Assembly (NCBI RefSeq): GCF_004010195.1
Contig: NC_057711.1
Coordinates: 75,656,020 to 75,718,526, forward strand
Reading direction: 5' to 3'
From: Chiloscyllium plagiosum
Lineage: Eukaryota
Length of the DNA stretch: 62,507 nucleotides
The position numbers were made by a program, and so were the translations under genes. The notes beneath the pieces are model-generated. The model worked only from the letters and a program-made list of their open reading frames with translations. It was not told the origin of the DNA and did not search any database. Position 1 is the stretch's first letter; each line of letters starts with the position of its first letter. Shown here piece by piece: positions 38,528 through 51,789 of this stretch.

Positions 38528-40779
38528 CTAAGACAATATGTATTTCTGCACAATAGATTTCCAGACTGAGAGGATACCATGAGTCTTCAAATCTTTACCT
38601 AAAGTAAATAATTCTTTTTTTAAGGAAGCAAAGGATGAACAAAGCAGTGAATCAGTCCAGTTTAAAAATGTTTCATATTCAGCAGAATCATACACAAAAT
38701 TTGGGATAGAATGTAAATTTTCAACCAAGTCTAGATATCTGAATTTTATTTATTCCTCTTCTGAAAACTAAACATCAGAAAATAAAGTCAGCCAATAGAT
38801 GGGATTTTATTTTAACAGAGAAATGAGGGAGTACTTTAATACACTCTTTAATTAATTTCTCATCAAATAGTTGTCCTATTGAAGTCTACCTGGCAAGATG
38901 GGAACCAGTTAACTACAGCTATAGAAGGCAATTGCCTTTAAAACATCCAGTATTGATTTCACAGACTGCAATCTCAGGATTCTGCCCCATGACATCTGAC
39001 AGAGTATGTAGATTGCACTTGAGGGGGCACCTTATTTCTATACAGCAAATAAAAACACCAGTTCAGCTGTAACTTTCACACATATCTGTCACACTTACAC
39101 AGAAACATAAATACCCAATATTAACCCTTTTTCTCCTCCATCTCTTTGGAAAGTAACTGGTCTTTGCTTCTTACCAGTATTGGTAATATTGGGCATGGTA
39201 TAAATGAGACAATTAGAAGTGCATGCAACAAGGATAATGCAATGCAATTATGCATGACTTCATTCTATGTGTAGACTGGGTAAATGAAAACAATGCTATG
39301 GAAATTCCTGGAATGTTTTCAAGATGGTTTTCTGGAGTAACATGTTGAGAAAGCTAATTTCGATCTAATATCATTGAATGAAGAAAAGACTAATCAATAA
39401 TCCTGTAAAAGAACCAGGAGGGAAAATGACCATAATATTATGGAATTTCTCATTTATATTGGAAATGGTGTAGTTTTATCCAAAAATTGGGGTCTAAACT
39501 TAAGTAACGGTAACTATGAAGTTATGAAGGGCAAGTTGGCTGTAGTGGACTGGGAAAATACTTTAAGAGATTTGACAGTAGTATGTAACAGTTTTTTCAC
39601 AAACATACATTCTTTGAAAGCAAAAAGGTGAGTCAATAGTGGCTAACAAAAAAAAAGTGAAACCTTGCATCACATCAAAGGAGGAAACATATAAAGCTGA
39701 CAGAAAAATAGTAAACTCGAGGATCAGGAGCACTTAAAAGTTCACAAAGAAGGATTGTGAAACTGATAATGAAAGAGACAATGAGATATGAATGCAATGA
39801 ATAAAATATGTAAAAAAAAAGACTGTAAAATTCCTGAAGAATGTAATGGAGCAAAAGACAAGTATAAGTCCATTACAGGCAGACATAGGAGCATTTATAT
39901 TTGGAAATAATAAATTAGCAGAGAAGCAAAATAATTAATCTATATCTTTCTTCATACAAAAATTCTCTTAGAAACAATCTTCTGCTAAGGCATTCTTTCT
40001 TCCACTCTGATATTGAGGTTCCTGAAATTACTGAATAGCCTATTGTGGGATCCACACACCTTGTTATAAATAAGCTGGGGTTTTTCTCAGACTTTCTGCT
40101 GTTTGCACTTGACCTCTATCTGGGCTTGGTGGAGACACCCAAAATGCCTGACATCTTTGTGCACGTTTCTTTTTCATTTGGGATTATCTTGGGCTTGGGA
40201 TTCCCATGACTGTTGGGAACAGTAATTCTTTTTTAAGGTAGGTTTTATCCACATTCTTGAAGCATTTTCTCTGTCTCCTGGTAACCACCTGCCAGGACAA
40301 AGCACTGAGTAAAGTCTGCTTTGGAAGGCGTGCACCAAGCATGCAGGCAAGATGACCTCCACATACAATTAGTTGACCATAAACAGTGCCTCAATATTAA
40401 GGATGTGGTCCTGAGAGAGAACAGCAAGATTGGTCTATCTATCCTGCAACGGAAATTGCAGAATATTGCAGAGGTATTGCTGGTGATATTTCTCAAGGGA
40501 TTTGTGATATCTGTTCTACATTGTTCATGTCTGATGCATAAACAAAGACTGCTACCTTGTAGGCCATGACCTTGGTGCCTTGACAGCTGACACCATACAG
40601 CACATGAATTCTTCAGGGCAGTCAAATCCATCTACAGGCCGAAAACCCACAGACATTCCCCATTGAGGCCTAAGAATGGAGTGTCACTCATTAAGGACAG
40701 AGAGACAGACTGCACTCATTGAAAGGATCAATAAGAATCTCCTTACTGAGTCTTGATCTTCAAAGTGAGTGCCCTTGAT

Positions 40780-43420
40780 CATAAAAACATAGAAAATGGG
40801 AACAGGAGTAGGCCACTTGGCCTTTTGAGCTTGCTCTACCATTCATTATCATCATGGTTGATCATCCAACTCAAAAGCCTGTTTCTGGTTTCCTCCATAT
40901 CCTTTGATTCCTTGAACCCCAAATGCTAAACCCAACTCTTTCTTGCCCCAACTACTTCCTACGGTAACAAATTCCACTACTCACCACTTCTGGGTGCAGA
41001 AATGTCTCCACATTTCAGTGCAAAATGGTTGCCCCATCTCCTTAGAGTGTGGCCCTGATTCTGGCCTTCCCTGCCATTGGGAACATCCTTCCTGCATCTA
41101 CCCTGTCAAGTCTGATAACATTTTATGTGATTCTATGAAATCCCCTCTCATTCTTCTTCCAGTGAGTAGAATCCTAACTGATTCAAACTCTTCTCATATG
41201 TCAGTCCCACCACCCCAGAAATCAGTCTAGTAAATTGTTGCAATACTCTCTCTATAGGAAAAAATATCATTGCCCAGATAAGGAGACCACAACTACACAC
41301 AATATTCAGGTGTGGTCTCAACAAGGCCCTGTATAATTGCAGAATAACTCCCTGCTCCTGTACTCAAAGCCTCTCGTTTTCAAGGTCAAAATACGATTTG
41401 CCTTCTTTACCACTGTTGTACTTGCATGCTTACCTTCAGCGAATGGTGGATGAGGACTCGAGGTCTCATTGCACATTCTCATCTCTCAATTTATAGCCAT
41501 TCAATTAATAATCTGCATTCCTGTTCTTGCTCCCAAAGTGGAATAACCTCACATTTATTTCACACATTTGCACATTCACTCAGTTCATCCAAACCACATT
41601 GAAGTATCTCTGCATTATTCTCACAGTCCATCGAGCTTTGTGTCATCTGCAAACTTGGAAATATTTGATTTAGTTCCCTCATCTAAATAATTCAGATTCA
41701 TAGAGATGTACAGCATGGAAAAGACCCTCAGTCCAACTTGTCCATGCCGACCAGATATCCTAACCAGTCTAATCCCATTTGCTTGCACTTGGCCCATAAC
41801 CCTCGAAGCCCTTCCTATTCATATACCCATTCAGATGCCAGCTGCAATTGTACTAGCCTCCACCACTTCCTCTGGCAGCTCATTCCTCTATGCACCACCC
41901 TCTATGTGAAAAAGTTGCCCCTTAGATCCGTTTTAAATCTTTCCCCTCTCACCCTAACCTATGCCCTCCAGTTCTGGACCAGCCCACTCCAGGGGAAAAC
42001 CTTGTCTATTTATCCTATCCATGCCCCTCATGATTTTATAAACCTCTACAAGGTTTTCCCTCCGCCTCCGATGCTGGAGGGAAAACAGTCCCAGCCTGTT
42101 CAGCCTCTCCCTATAGCTCAAATCCTCCAACCCTGGCAACATTCTTGTAAATCTTTTCTGAACACTTTAAAGTTTCACAACATCCTTCCATTAGGAAGGA
42201 GACCAGAATTGCATGAAATATTTCAAAAGTGGCCTATCTTATGAATATCTGGTGTCCAAGCACTGATCCCTGTGGCATCCCACTAGTCACCTCCTACTAT
42301 TCAGAAAATAAAACTGTTTATTCCTATTCTTTGTTACTCTTCCTCCTCTCTACCACAGAAAGCTGTTGGGACTAGTTCATTAGATATATTCAAGAGGGAG
42401 CTGTGTATGGCCCTTGCAGCTAAAGGGATCATGGGTCATGAAGAGAAAGCGAGAGTGGGATACTGGAACTGCCACGATCCACCGTGATCATATTGAATGG
42501 TGGTGCAGGCTTGAAGGGCTGAATGGCCTACTCCTACACCTGTTTTGTATGTTTCCAGTCTGCCAAGCAGTTTTCTGTCTATCTCAATACACTACCCCTA
42601 TTTCCCATGTGCCTTCATTTTAGATTCTCATCTCTAAAAAGTGGAATTTTGTCAGAAGCCTTCTCAAAGTCCGAATAAATCACATTCACTGTCTGCCCTT
42701 TACCGACTGTACTGCTTGCATCCCCGAAGAACTCCAGCAGACGTGCCAAGCATGATTTCCCATTCATAAATCCATGCTGACTCAGTCTGATCCTGCCAAT
42801 GCTGAGCTACTGATTCTTTCATTAATGGACTCAAGCATTTTCTCCACTATCAACATCAGACTAACCACTCTACTATTCCCACTTTCCTCTCTGTCTCCCT
42901 TCCTAAATAAGGGAGTTACATTAGCTACCCTCTGATCTATAGGAATTGTTCCTGATCTTATAGAATCTTGGAAGATGATCACCAATGCATCCACTGTTTC
43001 TACAGCCACTCCTCCAAGTACGGTGCTACGTAATTTATCAAGTCCTGGATACTTATCAGCCTTTGCCCCCATCAATTTGCACAACACCATTTCCAACTAA
43101 CTCGGACTTTTTTCAGTTCATCCTTCTCACTAAACCCTGTGTTCTTGAATAATTCTGGTATGCTATTTGTGTCCTCAGTTGTGAACACAGAACCAAAGTA
43201 TTCAGTTCTGAAGAAGAGACACTGGTCCAGAAATGTTAACTCTGATTTGTCTCCACAGATGCTGCTAGACTTCCAGCAATGTCTGATCTCCAGCATCCAT
43301 AGTTCTTTTGGCTTTTTGTTTACCAAACTGTTTATTTAGTTGATTAGCCAGTTCTTTGGGACACATTATAAATTCCCCTGTTTCTGATTTTAAGGGACTT
43401 ACATTTGCTTTCATCAATGT
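40780..43420 (-). mobile_element. Older CR1 LINE nested in the RTE
   Basis: ORF 42782..43096 DALVIIFQDS..VANVTPLFRKG; 3' tail ataaaacatagaaaatgggaacaggagtaggcc near 40780. Confidence 0.75.
41695..42238 (-). mobile_element. Younger CR1 3' fragment
   Basis: ORF 41954..42142 MLPGLEDLSYRERLNRLGLFSL; tail catagagatgtacagcatggaa. Confidence 0.9.
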
Positions 43421-43805
43421 TTTTCTCTTCTGCTTACAGCATGCAAGCTGCCAACATTTCAACCCAACCCAAAAATGGCACAGGTTTGAAAAAGCCACCT
43501 TACAGTCAAGAATCAACAAGGCTGCCAGCGTAGACAGAACCCCTGCAACACTACTCAAACATGGCAGAGAAACACCCTTGGCTCAGTTATGTAATCTTAT
43601 TCCCTCATCTCAAAGAATGATAACATCTCTGGAGATTTCCAAGATGTTACTGTTGTAAGCAACCTAAGAAAGGACATAGGATTGGTAATGATACATATAG
43701 AAAGGTATCCCTACTATCATCGTGAATATCTTTGCAAAAATCTTCTTCAATTGCCTCCTCCCACATGCTGAAAAGTTCTTCCCAGAGTCACAATATGGAT
43801 TCTGT

Positions 43806-44290
43806 CACAGAGTCATAGAGTTGTACAGAAACAGACCCTTCGGTCCAACTCATCCATGCTGACCAGTTCTCCTAAATTAATTTCTTCCCATCAACCAGCA
43901 CTTGGATCATATCCCTCTAAACTCTTCCTATTCATGTATTCATCCAGATGCCTTTCAAATATTGTAATTGTACTAGCCTCCACCACTTCCTCTTGCAGCT
44001 CATTCCATAAACGCACCACTGGCTGTGTGAAAAAGTTGTCCTCGATGTCCCTTTTATATCTTTCCTCTCCCACCTTAAACTTATGCCTTCTAGTTCTGGA
44101 CTCCCTTACCTTGGGAAAAAGACCTTGGCTATTCACCATATCCATGCCCCTCATGATTTTATAAACATCCACAATACCACCCTTCAGCCTCCAACGCTCA
44201 AGAGAAAATAGCCCCAGCCTATTTAGCCCCTCCCTGTGGCTCAAATCCTCCAACCAAGGCAACATTCTTGTAAATCTTATGCATGCTTCC
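43806..44290 (-). mobile_element. Younger CR1 3' fragment inserted in the RTE
   Basis: ORF 43891..44304 RFTRMLPWLEDLSHREGLNRLGLFSLE. Confidence 0.9.
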
Positions 44291-44934
44291 AAGTTTAATA
44301 ACATTTATCAAGAGGCACAATGGCACATGATCGTCACACCATGAAAAATGCAGAGAGAAACAGCAACCTCTATACATGATTGTTTTGACCCGAATAAAAC
44401 CTTCCACTCTGTAAACTAGGTTCGATTATGGAGGATTAACCTAATATTTGTTTTCCCACAGAAGTCCATCACCAACTCCTGCTGCTGCATGATAACATGC
44501 AAACCCTAATCCTCATTAATGGATCCTGTGCAGACCCAAACATGTGAAGATTGAGGTCAAGCAAGCCTATGTTTTCATACTAATGACCTTCTCCAAATTC
44601 CCGTTGCAAAATGTTCCACACCATATCCCTGAAACTTTCACTGGTGTGGGGCTAATAGACAGAATGAGCAGGAAACTGTTCAATCTTGAGTGCTTTCAAT
44701 CCATAACCTATACCATCCAACCTCTGCTGTATACAGATGGTCTTGTTTATGTGCAATTCCTATTACAATCCAAGTTGAGAGCCATTAGACAAGTAGATCA
44801 ATTCCTATAAATTGGGAGCCTCCTCTCATTGACAGGAGACATCATAGATGAAATTCAACATCTTATCCAATGAGCCAGCATAGTTTTTGGTCACCTGAGG
44901 AACCGAGAGCTTGATGACAAAGACTTCAAGTCAA

Positions 44935-46290
44935 AAATAACTGAGACCCATAGAAGGAGTGAGAATGAGCAACTGAAATAAATTAATATTGGTAAAGAAA
45001 TAGTGCTTGGAAATGACAACTTCCCACGACCATTGATCTAAATCCCAGAGAGCTGACTGAGATGTCTATGGAGATACTGAATGCATGAGTGAACATGTTT
45101 CCTAATCCCATTATTTAAGAAAGGAAGAAGATAGAAAATTGGGAACTCCAGCCCTGTTAACCTCACATCAGTGATCAGGAAAACATGAGAATCAGTTTTA
45201 AAGGAGGTAATAATCAGACATTTAGAAACGACTGATTGAAATGGGCACTTGGATTTATGAAAGAAAAATCATTCTTGAAAAACCATAGGAGTTTTTTGAA
45301 GATGTTATTAGCAAAATAGGTAAGGGGACTACTCAATGTGCTATGTTTGGATTTTCAGAAGATAATCGATAAATTCCCACAAGACAGTTACTAAACAAAG
45401 CTAGAGCAGATGCATTAAGGAAGAACATGAAAAGATAATTAATGGATATTAAGAAAACAAACAGCATGAATGAACTGGTAAATCTCAGGTTACCAACTTG
45501 TGATGGGGAGCATTTCTTAAGAATTAGTACTTGGACTCCAGTTGTTCAGAATCGATATCAGTGATTTGGGGGAACTAAATGTAACATTTCCAAATTTAGA
45601 GATGACACAAAACCACATGGGAATGTGTGTTGTTATGAGAATGCAAAGAGATTTCAAGGAGCTTTGGACTGGCAGAACAGGCAAGCCATGGCAAAAGGAA
45701 TATAACATGGATAAACGTGAGATGGTAGATGGAACCAAGGCGCAGAATATTTTTCAAATGTTGAGAGATTGGAAAGTAATTGTGTCCAAAGGAACCCGGA
45801 TGTCCTTATTCATAAGTCACTGAATGTTAATATGCAGGTGCAGCAAGCAATTAGCAAAGTAAATGGTATCTTAGCTTTTATTGCAGTGGATTTGAGTACA
45901 AGAATAAATATGTTTTACTTGAATTGTACAGAACACTGGTAAGAGTGCACCTGGAGTATTGTGTGTAGTTCTGGTCTCCTTGTCGAAGGAAGAATATACT
46001 TGCGATAGAGAGAGTGCAGCAGAGGGCTCACTAGACTAATTTCTTGGATGGTAGATTTCTTCTATGATAAAATGTTAAGGAAATCAGACCTGCATTGTGT
46101 ATAGTTAAGAAAAATGAGATGGGATCACATATAAATGTACAAAGTTCTTAAACTGGTAAACAGAGTAGATATAGAAAGAGTGTTTCCCCTGGCTGCAGAG
46201 TCTAGGATGAAGGGACGCGGTCTCAGAATTATGGAAGCCATTTATGACTCCGATTGGGAAGAATCACTTCACTCACAGGATAGTGAATCG
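44935..46290 (+). mobile_element. Old CR1 RT region, probably continuing the fragment at ~39200-39970
   Basis: ttggattttcagaag (LDFQK) and acactggtaagagtgcacctggagtattgtgtg (TLVRVHLEYCV). Confidence 0.7.
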
Positions 46291-47212
46291 TTTGATACAG
46301 AGAGAGCGCAGGAATATAGTGCTGAGAAACTGTGAACTAGAATGGTGGAGTTGCACTTAAAAGCTGTAGAAAATTGAGGGTTGTTGCCAGGATTTCTAAA
46401 TCAAAGACCACTGTAGGTACACTAGAATATTGGCTAGCCTTTAAGCTAACAAGATTTTATGGTAAGATTTTATTGTACTTAGTGAGAAGCAGAACGGCTT
46501 TGGTAATTGTTAGTTTTTTTTTTCTCCAGAGAAGGAAGATTGGTATCTGACTGGCATGCAACAATTAAACAAGGTTAGGTTAATAGTGTTTGCAAAACTG
46601 ACTGAAAGGTTGGCAAACAATTAAAAATTAAGGAGGTAACTTTGAACTTTTTATCATGGAAGAGAATGTTGAATATTTATACCTTGAAAATGAACATAAA
46701 AATGAAGATGTGCCTGCAGCTGAGCAGGAAGACAGCTTAATATTTTAGTTAACTAAATATTTCTTTGGATTTAGCCAATATGGAACCTATGAGCATGAAA
46801 GAAGAGACATAAGAATTGACTATTACATACTTTGATTGGATACCACTTGAAAATGATAACACAGCTTAAGTAGACCGCCTAATGGACAAGGTAACAGATT
46901 GGAGAGAGGAGGGGGTTTGGCAGGAGAAGAATGATATTTAGAAACTAAAAGCAAAAGTAGGCCATTCAGCCCTTTGAGCCTGCTTCACTATTCAATCTGA
47001 TCACGGCTGATCTTTACCTCATTGTCATATTCCTCCTTTCTCTCCATATCCTCGATGTCTTTAAAATCTAAACATTTATCGATCTCTTTCTTGAATATGT
47101 TTAGTGACTTGTCCACCATGGTCTTCTGAGGTGGGGAAGGGAAATGGGAAAGCATTTTCCTGCATCCGGTCTGTCCAGCTCTGTTTGAATGGGATAAAGT
47201 TCTCCTCTCATA

Positions 47213-47965
47213 AAGACGTAAAGCATGGAAACTGACTCTTCTGTCCAACTCACTCATGCCAAACAGATATCCTAAATAAATTTCGTCTCATTTGTCAGCA
47301 CTTGATCCATATCCCTCTAAACACTTCCTATTCATATGCCCATCCAAATGCATTTTAATTGCTGAGACTGTACCAGTCTCCACCACTTCCTCTGGCAGCT
47401 CATTCCATTTGGGGCGGCACGGTGGCTCAGTGCCTCACAGCACCAGGGACCTGGGTTCGATTCCTGCCTGTCTGTGTGGAGTTTGCACATTCTCCCCGTG
47501 TCTGCGTGGGTTTCCTCCGGGTGCTCCAGTTTCCTCCCACAATCCAAAGATGTGCAGGTCAGGTGAAGTGGCCATGCTAAATTGCCCACAGCGTTAGGTG
47601 CATTAGTCAGGGGTAAATATAGGGTAGGGGAATGGTCTGGGTGGATTTCTCTTTGGAGGGGCGGTGTGGATTTGTTGGGCCAAAAGGGCCTGTTTCCACA
47701 CTGTAGAGAATCTAATCTAATACACGTACCACCCTCTGTATGAAAAAGTTGCCCCTTAGATCGCTTTTATGTCTTTCCCCTCTCACCCTAAACCTATGCC
47801 CTCTAATTCTGGATGTCCCCACCCCACGGAAAAAACCTCATGATTTATAAACCTCTATAAACTCACCCCTCACCTTCCGATGCTCGAGGGAAAACAGCTC
47901 CAGCCTATTCAGCCTTTCCCTACGGCTCAAACCCTTCAACCCTAGCAACATCCTTGTAAATCTTC
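47213..47965 (-). mobile_element. CR1 3' fragment split by a SINE, within an older LINE tail (~46940-48160)
   Basis: cagctcattcca...tacacgtacc is contiguous at 37920-37942 but separated here by the SINE. Confidence 0.85.
47411..47720 (+). mobile_element. tRNA-derived SINE (HE1/V-SINE-like)
   Basis: ggcggcacggtggctcagtg A box, gggttcgattcc B box, conserved core, (AATCT)n tail. Confidence 0.9.
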
Positions 47966-48459
47966 CAAGTTACACAATATCCTACCTATCTTTCTAAACA
48001 CAACTGAAAGCAGATCCAGTCAAATGAACCTCTCATCTTGTGACAGTCCGGCCACCCCAGGTGAACCTCTGCTGCACTCTCTATGGCAAATATATCCTTT
48101 ATTAGTTGGAGACATCAAAACTACAAGCAATGCTCCAGGGGTGGTCTCACCAAGGCCTTTTAAAGCTTAATTAGAATGGAATTGTTTCAATATAAAAATG
48201 TTATTAGTCATCATATTGGTGACTATGGTAAAAATGAAAAAACATTACAAAGGTGTTTTTCATTTCTTTGTGGGAGCAGGTGTTACTTAAGCCTAGTGAC
48301 CTAGTTTATATGTTTTAAAGGCTTTGTTACTTTGGTTTCTGAAATTGAATTTTACTTGAATTCATTGGGGAAAAGAGTGGTAAATGTACACAGTTTAGCA
48401 AACCATAGAGACATCAGATAATTACAAATCGAAAGGTAACTTGTGGTCACTTGAAAAAA

Positions 48460-49657
48460 GCTTAAAAATGTGTTGCTGGAAAAGTGCAGCAGGTCAGGCA
48501 GCATCCAAGGAGAAGGAGAATCGATGTTTTGGGCATACGCCCTTCTTCAGGAATGAGGAGGGTGTGTCAAGAAGGCTAAGATAAAAGGTAGGGAGGAGGG
48601 ACTTGGGGTAGGGGCGTTGGGAATGCGATAGGTGGAGGTGCAGGTGGACCGTCTCAGACTCCTCCCTCCCCTTCCTAGACCTCTCCATCTCTATCTCGGA
48701 CGACCGACTCAACACGGACGTATACTATAAACCGACTGACTCACACAGCTACCTAGATTACACCTCTTCCCACCCTTCCCCCTGTAAAAACACCATCCCA
48801 TATTCCCAATTCCTTCGCTGCATCTGCTCCCAAGAGGACCTATTCCAATACCGAACAACCCAGATGGCCTCCTTCTTCAAAGACCGCAATTTCCCCTCAG
48901 ACGTGGTTGACGATGCTCTCCACNNNNNNNNNNNNNNNNNNNNNNNNNNNNNNNNNNNNNNNNNNNNNNNNNNNNNNNNNNNNNNNNNNNNNNNNNNNNN
49001 NNNNNNNNNNNNNNNNNNNNNNNNNNNNNNNNNNNNNNNNNNNNNNNNNNNNNNNNNNNNNNNNNNNNNNNNNNNNNNNNNNNNNNNNNNNNNNNNNNNN
49101 NNNNNNNNNNNNNNNNNNNNNNNNNNNNNNNNNNNNNNNNNNNNNNNNNNNNNNNNNNNNNNNNNNNNNNNNNNNNNNNNNNNNNNNNNNNNNNNNNNNN
49201 NNNNNNNNNNNNNNNNNNNNNNNNNNNNNNNNNNNNNNNNNNNNNNNNNNNNNNNNNNNNNNNNNNNNNNNNNNNNNNNNNNNNNNNNNNNNNNNNNNNN
49301 NNNNNNNNNNNNNNNNNNNNNNNNNNNNNNNNNNNNNNNNNNNNNNNNNNNNNNNNNNNNNNNNNNNNNNNNNNNNNNNNNNNNNNTTACCCACCTCTCC
49401 GCCCCCACCCCACTCCGGCCTATCACTCTCACCTTAACCTCCTTCCACCTATCGCATTCCCAACACCCCTACCCCAAGTCCCTCCTCCCTACCTTTTATT
49501 TTAGCCTGCTTGACACACCCTCCTCATTCCTGAAGAAGGGCTTATGTCCGAAACGTCAATTCTCCTTCTCCTTGGATGCTGCCTGACCTGCTGCGCTTTT
49601 CCAGCAACACATTTTTAAGCTCTGATCTCCAGCATCTGCAGTCCTCACTTTCTCCTA
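48460..49657 (+). mobile_element. Penelope-like retroelement with inverted 5' terminal repeat, truncated RT and a 13-14 bp target-site duplication
   Basis: GTCACTTGAAAAAA at 48446-48459 and 49658-49671; 48459-48636 is the reverse complement of ~49445-49621; RT piece LPFLDLSISIS..YYKPTDSHSYLDYTSSHP; N gap inside. Confidence 0.9.
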
Positions 49658-49839
49658 GTCACTTGAAAAAATCAGAGTAAGTAGGTAAGAAACATGAGGA
49701 ATGCTTTGACTTAATGAGAAAAATCAAGAGACATGACACTTAGGGTTATTAGATAAAGGACAAGCTATTCATGTGGCTTCCCAAAGTTAAGGAAATCTTT
49801 GGAAGCTAGTGGTAGCTAATTTATGTTTTTACCAGGTAA

Positions 49840-50315
49840 CCAGAACATACTGGAACAGAAGCAGACCATTCAACCCATCAAGTGTGCTCCTTGATTCAAT
49901 GAGATCATGGCTGATCTGATAATCTTTGGCTCAAATTTCCTGCTTTTTCCATGTCACCCTTGATTCCCTTACTGATTAAGAATATGTCTGTCTCAGCCTT
50001 GAATATCCTTAATGACCCACCCTTGACATTCCTTTGTAGTAAAGAATTCCTCAGATTCACTAGTCTCTAAGAGAATAAATTCCTCCTCATCTATGCCTCA
50101 AATGTGTAGCCCACTATTCTGAGATTACGTCCACTGGTCCTAGAATCTCCTGCAAGGGGAGTCGTTCTGCATCCACCCTGTCAAGTCCCCTATGTTTCAA
50201 TAAGATGGCCTCTCGTTCTTCTAAACTCCAATGAGTACAGGCCCAACCTACTCAACATCTGTTCATAAGACAGTCCATCTAAATCTGGTTTCAGCCCAGT
50301 GAACCTTCTCTCAGG
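49840..50315 (-). mobile_element. CR1/L2 LINE 3' fragment
   Basis: aggtaaccagaacatactggaacagaagcagaccattcaaccc tail followed by reversed RT C-terminal sequence. Confidence 0.7.
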
Positions 50316-51459
50316 CCATATTTGTTACATTTTCACAAAGAAGGGTGGAGTTCAGTGAAAGTCTTTGCATTGGAGTTTATCACTTAATTCAACTAAATTA
50401 TAACCAGCAGGCAAGACTCATTGATGCTTGGAAAATCTGTTTAGATACTTTGTCAGCTTTGGTCTTGTGTAGCTTGCAGATGTTTGAAAGAGAGATAAAA
50501 ACAGACCTACAGATGAAACAAAGTAAACATGAGATCTACCTGTGATTGGAAGAAAATCAGGAGACTTATTAAGTTGGAAGCTGAAAGAAGAAATCTATAG
50601 TAATCCTTATATTAAAAGGCATCTAGAGATCTGGAAGAATTCAGCTTCATTGAGGTTAAAGGAATAGTAGTGAGTTATAGGAAACCAAGGATGTTTTCTG
50701 ATGTCTCAAATCACTGTGCATGAGGCCTGTACTTGAGTTGTGGATTCCAATGCTGTGTGATCATTTAAAAAATATTGGACGGTTGATTAACCAAAAGCCA
50801 TTGGAAGGACCACTTGAAACTTTGTACCTTGAATTGCTGAAACAGTAAAACGAAGTGAAGTACATTTTCAAGATCTGCGTTATATCTTTGAATTGGGTCC
50901 AGTGAAAAGGCGAATGAGCATTCATGTGTAAGGGAATACTTGGAGTAAAGTAAAATGTAGAACTGAGTTGACAGCATCAGTCTTTACAATCTGCAGTACT
51001 TAGATAGTAATGCTTTCTTTGCTTTATTCCTCTGTTAACATACAATAAAGTTTGCTGCGAGTAAATCCATAAAATCTTATGGTGTAGTTCTGTCAGTTAA
51101 TTGCTGAATGTTTGGGTGTTTTTGTTAAATATTAATGATACTGTAACACTTCCCCATGATAGCACAAGGTATTGGGTCCAATGCTTCCTCCTTTGACTTT
51201 TCCATTGCTTTTGCCTCCTATCGAATGTCAATTTGAATATTAGGAATAAGCCAGAAAGCAGGTCATTGAATGTGAAGAATTATGAGTTTCTCGTCAAAGC
51301 CTCTGTAACATGGTAATGGGACTGGATAACTTCAAAAAACTTTTCTGCATGAAAATTTTATTCATCTTACAAGGAATTCTTTGAAGTCAGTGGTGGCTAC
51401 TAACCAGTCCCGCAGATTGCAACAGTTTAGACTCGCACCCCCAGCAGCAGGGACTGACG

Positions 51460-51551
51460 ATATGGCCATACTGAGATGGGGGTGATCAATATTATTTAAA
51501 ACAGGAACAGTATATAGCCATACTGAGATGGGGGTGATCAAAATTATTTAA
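51460..51551. repeat. Short direct repeat, ~40 bp with period 52
   Basis: atat(g/a)gccatactgagatgggggtgatcaa(t/a)attatttaa occurs twice. Confidence 0.9.
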
Positions 51552-51750
51552 TAAGGAAACCTCACTCTGACCCAGCTTACTCCAGCGGAATAAGGAAGAA
51601 AGGTCAGTGGTGGAATCACATTCCACACTCTGTCAGACATGCAAGGGAACAAGAACTCTGAGGATTTGTAGGCTCTTTGCCCGAGATTCAAATTTAACAC
51701 ATTTTTTATAAAATTGTGCTAAATAAAAAAAATGTATAAAATTGCCTTAC

Positions 51751-51789
51751 CTCACCAGGTTCTGGCAAATCTGACATCCTGGAAGACAC
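51751..51789 (-). CDS. TRPM6: TRPM6 exon 3 equivalent (39 nt, phase 2-2): (R)CLPGCQICQNLV(R)
   Basis: Minus strand tttatggcag|GTGTCTTCC...CTGGTGAG|gtaagg; matches the TRPM6/7 N-terminal Cys motif; frame joins exon 4. Too short for the ORF track. Confidence 0.92.

Larger units (their letters stand above)
40020..44930 (+). mobile_element. RTE-clade LINE remnant split by nested insertions
   Basis: NIFAKIFFNCLLPHAEKFFPESQYGF at ~43725-43802, continuing after the CR1 insert as EKCREKQQPLYM; 5' part at 40020-40780. Confidence 0.65.

Noticed and set aside
46331..51148. Possible long TG...CA LTR interrupted by several inserts
   Set aside because: TG/CA ends and an AATAAA are present, but there is no target-site duplication or internal retroviral sequence.
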